From IMG/VR virus record IMGVR_UViG_3300028392_000057: a stretch of 20,000 bases of DNA; one strand, 5' to 3'. The notes under the pieces were generated by a model, which was not told where the DNA came from, did no database searches, and worked only from the letters and a program-made list of their open reading frames with translations. Numbering within the stretch: position 1 is the stretch's first letter; each line of letters opens with the position of its first letter. The DNA comes from an uncultured virus (IMG/VR IMGVR_UViG_3300028392_000057). Its lineage: Duplodnaviria; Heunggongvirae; Uroviricota; Caudoviricetes. A program made the position numbers and the translations under genes. Shown one piece after another: positions 9,852 through 17,392 of this stretch.

Positions 9852-12629
9852 TTAATCCGGGACATATGTTCCCATTAAGTTTAAATTTGTATTTGCGCCA
9901 ACCGCTGTCGCATATACGTTTACATTTCCTGCACTAATATCTGTGTCAAAAGCTACCAAATCAGTTGACGAGGTTGATAAACTACCATAAACAGTTATAA
10001 TACTATTTATGCTATTGTGAACTAAAAGAACTTCTAGTGCTTGAAAATCAGTTCCATTGCCTGCCCGCATTGTATATTTCGCAGACCTAAATTGGGTAGT
10101 AGGAAATACGTCAATTAGAGTATTAGATGTAATTGGAATTGATGTACGTTTACTATATAGATCCGTAACCTTTATGTTTACCGCATCAATTGTATTTGAA
10201 ATTGTCAAATTAGCAGAATTTATATTGCCCGATGCACTTATATTACCAGAATTTATATTACCAGTGATGCTTAGGAACGAACCATTTAAATTTCCAAAAT
10301 CTATATTACCCGAAGTACTTAAATTACCGGTGATTATGTTTCCAGTAATGCTTAAGAAAGACGCATTTAAATTAGCAGAACTGATGTTACCTGAGGCAGA
10401 GAATGTATTGGCAGATATCACATTAGCACCAGTAATGTTACCACCTGTGCCATTTGATGTAATATTACCAAATGTAGCATTACCTGAATTTATGTTACCG
10501 GAGATTATATTCCCGGTGACACTTAAGAATGAACCATTAAAGTTACTAGCATCTATATTACCCGATGCACTTAAATTACCCGAAGTTATATTACCGGTAA
10601 TGCTTAAGAAAGAGGCATTTACATTACCGGAACTTATGTTACCAGTAGCACTTATATTGCCGGAATTTATGTTACCAGTAGCACTTATATTGCCGGAGAT
10701 CACATTAGCAGTAACACTTAGATTGCCAGAGTTAATATTACCAGAAGCACTTAGGTTACCAGAGTTAATATTACCAGAAGCACTTAGATTTCCGGAGTTT
10801 ATATTTCCCGTAATACTTAAGAAAGAACTGTTTAAGTTACCCGAATCTACATTGCCTGAAACACTTAGATTGCCGGAGTTTATAGTACCAGTAACACTTA
10901 AACTAGTTAATGTTCCTGTACTTGTGATATTTGGTTGTGCTGCCGTTGTTAATGTGCCTGAGAAATAGTTAGCTGTTGCTAGATTACCTAGGTTAGCATT
11001 ACCTGATGATATATTTCCTGTAACTACAATATTAGTATTAGCTTGAACATTACCGTTAACTTCAATTCCACCACTTACTGACAATCCGGATAATATGCCA
11101 ACACTAGTGATGTTAGGTTGTGAAGCCGTTGTTAATGTACCGGTTACAGTAGTGAACACGCCACCAGTAGCACCAATATTACCAACGTTACTATTGCCAC
11201 TTACACTTAAACTAGTTAATGTACCTGTACTTGTGATGTTTGGTTGAGCCTGAGTTGTCAGTGTACCTGTTAACAAATTACCAGAAACGTTTCCAATTAC
11301 TGTAACATTATTATTAGCTATTAAATTACCCTGAATTGTGACGTTTCCGGTAGTGCTACCTACAACAACATTGGCTACTAAGCCTAAATTAATATCTGTT
11401 ATACCTGAGTTAAAAAAGCCGGCTGCGTTACCAATAACTGCAATAGCTCCGTTCCCAATAAGAACACATCCGCTATTTGATACTAGATAGTTAGCAGTAA
11501 CAATATTACCCAAATTAGCATTACTTGCGGCTATATTTCCGTTTAATGTTAATAAGTTGGCTGTACTATTAAATGTTAGATTATTACTTCCAGCAAATTC
11601 ACCGTTATTATTGAATTGAATAGTTGTATTTGAACCACCGGGTATACCACCCACATCCAATGGTTGACCATTAGCGTAATAATAATTGTCAGTTAATATA
11701 CCACTGACTGCGGCGTTTCCAGTTGAACTTAATGTTCCAGCTACATTTACACCAGTACCAGTAATTTTAAAGATATTTGCATTACCGTTAGCAGTAAAAG
11801 TTATGTCTGTTTCACGTAGTGTTAGTACACTTGAGCCATTGGCGCTAGAAAAGCTAGTTGTGTTTGCATTTCCACTTAGTACGAATTGTCCACCATTGCC
11901 GTTAGTAAAAACAAGATTTGCACCTGCAGTAGAAATTGTACTGTTGCCAATATAAATTGTAGTACCGGATAGATATAAATCGTTCCAACGATTGGTTGTA
12001 TTACCTAAATCATATATAATATTTGCGCTAGGCAATAAGCTACCAGTAAATATTCCTGATCCAGGAACTGATAAATTACCTGATACTGTATCGAATGTGA
12101 ATCCTGTATTACCGGTTAACTCACCGTTATCATCAAATATAACTTGGCTATTAAGTGAGTTAATAGCAGTACCAACTTCAGCTAATATACCATCTACTTC
12201 TAACGCACCGTCAATCTCAATAGGAACTGTAAATAATCCTTGAAAGTTAGTGGGAACATAATATGTTTCTCCTACAGGGACGTAGAAGGGCATTGGTGCC
12301 GCACTAGTATTAACTGCAGGATCAGCAAATATTAGATTACCACTACCATCTGTTTGAATTAGTTGGCCATTGGCTCCACCAAATATATGTACATTGGCTA
12401 TGTTTCCAAGATTGCTTGCACCATTAACTGTCAGTGAACTTAGACTTAGGGTGTTACTCCAAACTCTAGTATTACTTGTGCTTATTGTCAATACCGAGTT
12501 ATCTGCACCCGCACCAAGACTTGGTTCTGCTTGACTAAGCCCTAAGAACTGGTAGCGGTCGTTTGACAGGTTACTATAAGGAGTAACCGGAGCACGACCA
12601 CTTAACAGCTTTGAGTTATTCATTGCCAT
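9852..12629 (-). CDS. G4: repeat-rich fibre-like protein with a distinct N-terminal domain and a C-terminal RSAKY domain
   Basis: 925-aa ORF starting 3 nt after the G5 stop. N-terminus KLLSGRAPV..DRYQFLGLSQAEPSLG, fibre-type motif YDLGNTTNRWNDLYL, SGNINSGNLSA tandem repeats, C-terminus IDVFPTTQFRSAKYT..EVLLVH..VYG. Confidence 0.88.
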   Translation of the reverse strand: MAMNNSKLLSGRAPVTPYSNLSNDRYQFLGLSQAEPSLGAGADNSVLTISTSNTRVWSNTLSLSSLTVNGASNLGNIANVHIFGGANGQLIQTDGSGNLIFADPAVNTSAAPMPFYVPVGETYYVPTNFQGLFTVPIEIDGALEVDGILAEVGTAINSLNSQVIFDDNGELTGNTGFTFDTVSGNLSVPGSGIFTGSLLPSANIIYDLGNTTNRWNDLYLSGTTIYIGNSTISTAGANLVFTNGNGGQFVLSGNANTTSFSSANGSSVLTLRETDITFTANGNANIFKITGTGVNVAGTLSSTGNAAVSGILTDNYYYANGQPLDVGGIPGGSNTTIQFNNNGEFAGSNNLTFNSTANLLTLNGNIAASNANLGNIVTANYLVSNSGCVLIGNGAIAVIGNAAGFFNSGITDINLGLVANVVVGSTTGNVTIQGNLIANNNVTVIGNVSGNLLTGTLTTQAQPNITSTGTLTSLSVSGNSNVGNIGATGGVFTTVTGTLTTASQPNITSVGILSGLSVSGGIEVNGNVQANTNIVVTGNISSGNANLGNLATANYFSGTLTTAAQPNITSTGTLTSLSVTGTINSGNLSVSGNVDSGNLNSSFLSITGNINSGNLSASGNINSGNLSASGNINSGNLSVTANVISGNISATGNINSGNISATGNISSGNVNASFLSITGNITSGNLSASGNIDASNFNGSFLSVTGNIISGNINSGNATFGNITSNGTGGNITGANVISANTFSASGNISSANLNASFLSITGNIITGNLSTSGNIDFGNLNGSFLSITGNINSGNISASGNINSANLTISNTIDAVNIKVTDLYSKRTSIPITSNTLIDVFPTTQFRSAKYTMRAGNGTDFQALEVLLVHNSINSIITVYGSLSTSSTDLVAFDTDISAGNVNVYATAVGANTNLNLMGTYVPD
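10220..10905 (-). repeat. Degenerate 33-bp (11-aa, SxxGNIxSGNL) tandem array with periodic 5-aa NxSFL inserts, within G4
   Basis: SITGNINSGNL-SASGNINSGNL-SASGNINSGNL-SVTANVISGNI-SATGNINSGNI-SATGNISSGNV-NASFL; DNA ttaccagaagcacttag recurs at 33-bp spacing. Confidence 0.85.
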
Positions 12630-12632
12630 ATT

Positions 12633-12971
12633 TTATGATCCGGTAACCAATGTTTCTAAATAACTCAATACTAACTGTGCGCTAGTATCATCACTACTTG
12701 TAAATTGCAATATATCTCCGTAATTTAAAATCAATCTTCCAGTTAGTACTGTACTAGCGTCATTAATAGGCACACTAGCCTCTTTGACTAGTGATGTGTA
12801 GTTACCAGTACGATATACCCCGGCTGATATTTGTATTGTTCCTACACCAATATTACTAATTTGTGCCATCAAAACAACTGTAGAATAACCTATAGGTGGA
12901 GTGTATACATTGGCTGTAGTAGTTGTAATATCTGCTAATGTTGTTCTAAAATTATTTAATGCTGCTGGCAT
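12633..12971 (-). CDS. G5: small beta-rich hypothetical protein, candidate fibre adaptor
   Basis: 112-aa non-repetitive ORF with AAGGA at 12981-12977. Pattern NVYTPP..STVVL..ISN..LVK..VP..RLIL..GD.L..LSYLE resembles small proteins in fibre clusters of large T4-like phages. Confidence 0.8.
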   Translation of the reverse strand: MPAALNNFRTTLADITTTTANVYTPPIGYSTVVLMAQISNIGVGTIQISAGVYRTGNYTSLVKEASVPINDASTVLTGRLILNYGDILQFTSSDDTSAQLVLSYLETLVTGS

Positions 12972-12990
12972 GTTATTCCTTTATTCTTTC

Positions 12991-14241
12991 TTAATCGTTA
13001 CCCAACGCCAATATGAATGGTGTCATTTGAGCAAATAAACTTTGGTAAAAATCGGTACCAGTAATGGTTCCAGTAGCTTGATTAATTGTAAATCCATTAC
13101 CTACTTTAAAATTTCCTTTTTGGTCTGTACTTGTAAACGTTATGACTGCTCCATTTGTAGCTACAACTTCATTTGCTTCAATTGGTATACCACCATACTG
13201 TGGTAATGCTGTTGCAGGATTAGTTCCTGCACCCACATATTCAAATGTGTGAGCACTTGCTATAATTGAGCTTCTTGTGTAAAATTCAACATTTGTTCCC
13301 GGAGCAACAGTTTGAGTAAAAACTTGTTGTATAACTACTGTTGATTTTCCAGCACTTGGTTGATTAGGTAAAATAGTATCAATTGTATAATAGTTGGGAT
13401 CACCAGCGACTAACACAACCGTATTTACGTGAGGTTGACCATTAGTCAAACTATTAAGTACAAATGTTCCATACAGTTCTGATTCTAATGTACCGGATGT
13501 TTGTAATGGTCCAACACCATCTGCGACTAAACCATAGTTACCAATAGAACAATCACTACCATTTAAAGTACAGAATCCACCTGACTCTACTTTAATACCA
13601 ATATCACAGGCAATAGTGTAAATATTAACTAACTGACTGTAACCTGAATTTAAAATATGAATACCTTTACCACCACGATTAATAATTGTAAAGAATCCTA
13701 CAATCATTGCTTTAGTGCTTATGCTACTAACATTAGCTCCGTCAATATAAACAGCAGTACCAGTTGTAGTACTTGATGTTAAATTCTGTATGTATGGGCT
13801 TACAAATACATTCTGTGATGGCGTTGCTGGGTTATAGCTAAATCCATTAGCAGTATAGTTTTTAATTGTGATACCCCAAACATAACAACCATTTGTCATA
13901 TAAAACAAATCAGAGGATGGTGTTTGCGGTATTACAGTAACATTTCTTAAATTGTCTCCCATCAACGCTACATTAGATGGAATAGTAATAGGGTTAGCTT
14001 CAGTATAAGTACCCGGAGCAACATGAACTGAAATGTTTCCGGCCGCAGCCGCAGTCATTGCGGCCTTGATAGTTAAAAACGGATTGTTTATCGTACCGGT
14101 GTTACTATCATTACCATTTTTACCTACGTAGATAATGTTTTGAGATGTGTTTAATAGATTACCGTCGGCATCTATTACAACTTTGTTGTTGCCATCACCT
14201 ACACTGAAACCAGCTACTGCATTAAAAGGTTTTATTGCCAT
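12991..14241 (-). CDS. G6: pectin-lyase-like (parallel beta-helix) virion protein, tailspike-like
   Basis: 416-aa ORF. IYVGKNGNDSNTGTINNPFLTIKAAM..VHVAPGTYTE..ITIPSNVALMG is the typical N-terminal cap of pectin-lyase-fold proteins. Ends SAHTFEYVGAG..STDQKGNFKVG..LFAQMTPFILALG. N-terminus shared with G7. Confidence 0.8.
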   Translation of the reverse strand: MAIKPFNAVAGFSVGDGNNKVVIDADGNLLNTSQNIIYVGKNGNDSNTGTINNPFLTIKAAMTAAAAGNISVHVAPGTYTEANPITIPSNVALMGDNLRNVTVIPQTPSSDLFYMTNGCYVWGITIKNYTANGFSYNPATPSQNVFVSPYIQNLTSSTTTGTAVYIDGANVSSISTKAMIVGFFTIINRGGKGIHILNSGYSQLVNIYTIACDIGIKVESGGFCTLNGSDCSIGNYGLVADGVGPLQTSGTLESELYGTFVLNSLTNGQPHVNTVVLVAGDPNYYTIDTILPNQPSAGKSTVVIQQVFTQTVAPGTNVEFYTRSSIIASAHTFEYVGAGTNPATALPQYGGIPIEANEVVATNGAVITFTSTDQKGNFKVGNGFTINQATGTITGTDFYQSLFAQMTPFILALGND

Positions 14242-14251
14242 TTCTTACTTC

Positions 14252-17200
14252 TTAAATAAATCTCACTTGTGTTGTCCAAACTGTACTATTACTAGTTGCT
14301 GGAGTAACTTGCAATGCTACATTGCCGCCTACTACATTAACTGCTAATGAGCCTGTTGTTGCGTTTAAAGATGCTGTTGCATATGTTACATAATCGACTG
14401 TTGATCCATTTGTTACTGCGGTAACAGTTGACACACTATATTTAGAACCAGTAGAATCTACACCCTTAACTAAAAACTCCATAGCCGCTATACCAGTTGT
14501 ACTAAATTGTACAATGGTTTGATTAGCAGTAATTGAAGTAGTTGTTGTAGTTCCTGTTGCAATTGTAGTAGTACCAAGAGTAAGATTTCCTGAAAGAGCT
14601 ACTACATTTGATACTTTATTAAATGTAAACGCTGTGCTTGTATTGGCATTGCCGTTGTCATTAAATACAACACCTGTGTTAGCACCAGGGATAACAATAT
14701 TACCTGAAATATTACCAGATACATTACCAACAAAAGTGGTAGCAATAACGTTACCAATAACTGTTAAATTGCTAGTAACATAATCATATGTAAGATTAGC
14801 ATTTGCGGCAAAGTTGTTGTTACCATCATTAAACTGAATCTGTCTATTAGAGCCGGCAGCTTCTTGTAAATCCCAAGGTTGACCGTTTGCATACAATAGA
14901 TGGTCTGTACGTAGATTACCTACATTTGCTGTATTAGTAACATTTAAATTGCTTGATACGTTTATAAAATTTGCTGTAGCTAAGTTACCTAAATTAGCAT
15001 TTAATGATGTTAGGTTACCAGATGCACTGATAATACCACCAGTAATAATATTACCACCGGTAATATTAGCAGTAGCAGTGAATGTATTTGCTGATACTAC
15101 ATTAGCACCAGTAATATTTCCACCTGATCCAGTTGTACTAATATTACCAAATGTACCATTACCAGTTGCAGAAACAATGCCGGCTGTTATAATATTACCA
15201 CCAGTGATGTTACCAGTAGCAGTAATCAATCCACCTGTTATGACGTTAGCACCGGTGATATTACCGATTGCAGTAATTAATCCACCTGTACTAATATTAG
15301 CGAATGTACCATTACCGGTTGCAGTAACTACCCCTGTACCAATATTACCAATATTAGAATTACCTGACACACTCAATGAAGTTAATGTACCGACTGCTGT
15401 AACTTGTGTTTGACTTGCATTTGCGCTGATTACAGTGCCTACAATATTAATACCAGTTCCAGCAGTATATACTTGAGATCCACTGAATATACTAAATGTG
15501 ATATTTGAAGTACCAAATATAATTACTCCAGGCGGAGAACTAACTACAAAACCAGTACCTATATTAACTATACCACCTTGAGTAAAAAAGTAATCATTGA
15601 TACTTAATTGTTCTGTACTATCTGGACCATACTCGTCTGCATCAGTTGAGCGTACAATAGCTGTTGTGTTGGCATATGTGTAAACGCCATTCCATGTAGC
15701 ATTAGCTTCATCTTTAACTAAGATGCGTGTGCCTACAGTTTGTACATTAGCACCATCAATTAAATTATATGTACCTGTTGTACTGATATAAGCACCAATA
15801 CCATTTGCCGCACCATTTGGTGAGTTATATGTAGTAGTACCGCTAGTAGCTATTGCTAGAGTGGTTGTAGTTGCAACATTGACTGGTTGGTGATAACTGA
15901 TACCACTTGATACCATGTTATCTACATATTGTTTTGAGGCTGCATCAGTTACCAGTACTGGATAACCTACATTGTTTATCCATTTACCAGTGATATTTAA
16001 ATTGCCTGCAATAAGACTATCTGCTGTACCATTTACAGTTAATACTCCACCTGTAGTTAAGTTGCCACCGGTGATATTACCTGATGCAGTTACTACTGTT
16101 GATACTAGATTTGTAGCGCCCAAATTACCTACGTTAGCGTTACCCGTTACAGACAGTGAACCACCTGTAGTTAAGTTACCACCAGTTACATTACCAGTAA
16201 TAGTAATTAATCCAGCTGTGCTAATGTTGCCAAATGTACCATTACCGGTGGCAGTTACTATACCACCAGTTATTATATTAGCACCAGTAATGTTACCAGT
16301 AGCAGTAATTAGTCCACCTGTTATTAAATTAGCACCGGTGATATTACCAGTCGCAGTAATTAAGCCACCGGTTGATATGTTAGCGGCAGTGATGTTACCA
16401 CTTATTGATACTGCATTTGATATTTTATTAAATGTAAACGCTGTGCTTGTATTAGCATTTCCTTGATCGTTAAATACAACACCTGTATTAGCTCCAGGAA
16501 TGACAATGTTACCAGAAATATTACCAACTACGTTACCAATGAAGTTTGGTGCGTATACGTTTCCTGTAAAGTTTGCTGTGTTACCTGATAATTCTAAATT
16601 AACTGTTGCATTAGAAGTAGTTGTATTTCCTGCTGTGATTAAATTGCTACCGGTAATATTACCAGTAGCAGTAATAAATCCACCTGTACCAATATTACCT
16701 ATGTTGGCATTACCAGCTACTGTTATTAATCCAGTTGTTGATATGTTTCCTGCACCAATATTGCCCACTGCAGTAATTACACCAGCTGATCCAATATTGC
16801 CAATATTAGCATTACCAATGATTGATACACTTGCTAATGCACCAACACTTGTAATATTAGGCTGTGCGTTAGTTGTGAGTGTTCCTGTTATAGTAGTAAA
16901 TGTACCATTGTAAGCACCAATGTTTCCAACATTAGCATTACCTATTACGCTTAATAATCCAGTTGCTATTAAGTTACCTGAACTTACATTACCAACTGTA
17001 CTTAAATTACCTGCAGTAGCATTGCCGGATGCACTGAATGTGCCGGCTACAATAAGTCCTGTGCCAGTCACAATGGCTACGTTTGCGTTTCCTGCAGAAC
17101 TAATTGCTATGTTTGCATTAGCATAAACTTTGACATTACTATTACCGTTTTGAATACTAGTAGCATCAATACCTGTTAAGTAAGCACCGTTACCCAAAAA

Positions 17201-17347
17201 GAAGTTAGCTGTAATGTTACCATTAGCAGTTATATTTGCATTAGCTTGTATGTTGCCGGTAATTATGTCACCATTTGCTAATACAACGTTGGCTGGTATT
17301 TCTCCAACTGAGAAGCCAGCGACCGAGTTAAATGGTTTAATTGCCAT
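14252..17347 (-). CDS. G7: repeat-rich fibre-like protein with AIKPFN N-terminus, YHQPVNVATT domain and type A C-terminal domain
   Basis: 1031-aa ORF with AAGGA at 17359-17355. Many GGLITATGNITGANL repeats. C-terminus MEFLVKGVDSTG..TGSLAVNVVGGNVALQVTPATSNSTVW. Confidence 0.9.
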   Translation of the reverse strand: MAIKPFNSVAGFSVGEIPANVVLANGDIITGNIQANANITANGNITANFFLGNGAYLTGIDATSIQNGNSNVKVYANANIAISSAGNANVAIVTGTGLIVAGTFSASGNATAGNLSTVGNVSSGNLIATGLLSVIGNANVGNIGAYNGTFTTITGTLTTNAQPNITSVGALASVSIIGNANIGNIGSAGVITAVGNIGAGNISTTGLITVAGNANIGNIGTGGFITATGNITGSNLITAGNTTTSNATVNLELSGNTANFTGNVYAPNFIGNVVGNISGNIVIPGANTGVVFNDQGNANTSTAFTFNKISNAVSISGNITAANISTGGLITATGNITGANLITGGLITATGNITGANIITGGIVTATGNGTFGNISTAGLITITGNVTGGNLTTGGSLSVTGNANVGNLGATNLVSTVVTASGNITGGNLTTGGVLTVNGTADSLIAGNLNITGKWINNVGYPVLVTDAASKQYVDNMVSSGISYHQPVNVATTTTLAIATSGTTTYNSPNGAANGIGAYISTTGTYNLIDGANVQTVGTRILVKDEANATWNGVYTYANTTAIVRSTDADEYGPDSTEQLSINDYFFTQGGIVNIGTGFVVSSPPGVIIFGTSNITFSIFSGSQVYTAGTGINIVGTVISANASQTQVTAVGTLTSLSVSGNSNIGNIGTGVVTATGNGTFANISTGGLITAIGNITGANVITGGLITATGNITGGNIITAGIVSATGNGTFGNISTTGSGGNITGANVVSANTFTATANITGGNIITGGIISASGNLTSLNANLGNLATANFINVSSNLNVTNTANVGNLRTDHLLYANGQPWDLQEAAGSNRQIQFNDGNNNFAANANLTYDYVTSNLTVIGNVIATTFVGNVSGNISGNIVIPGANTGVVFNDNGNANTSTAFTFNKVSNVVALSGNLTLGTTTIATGTTTTTSITANQTIVQFSTTGIAAMEFLVKGVDSTGSKYSVSTVTAVTNGSTVDYVTYATASLNATTGSLAVNVVGGNVALQVTPATSNSTVWTTQVRFI
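15380..15985 (-). repeat. Copy 3 of the triplicated domain (in G7)
   Basis: YVDNMVSSGISYHQPVNVATTTTLA..GTRILVKDEANATWNGVYTY..RSTDADEYGPDST; boundaries approximate. Confidence 0.85.
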
Positions 17348-17368
17348 AATCTTTTCCTTTATTAATCA

Positions 17369-17375
17369 TATTTAT
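17369..17375 (-). promoter_or_regulatory. Candidate T4-type late-promoter-like motif (ATAAATA) upstream of G7
   Basis: Minus strand reads TCAGATAAATATGATTAATAAAGGAAAAGATTATG; 7 of 8 positions match TATAAATA, just upstream of the RBS. Confidence 0.4.
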
Positions 17376-17392
17376 CTGAATTTTATAATACA

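Noticed and set aside
660..15985. Repeated domain as a DGR template/variable repeat pair, or repeats as a CRISPR array
   Set aside because: Differences are mostly synonymous third-position changes rather than adenine-specific; all copies are coding; no reverse transcriptase, no repeat-spacer structure and no cas genes.
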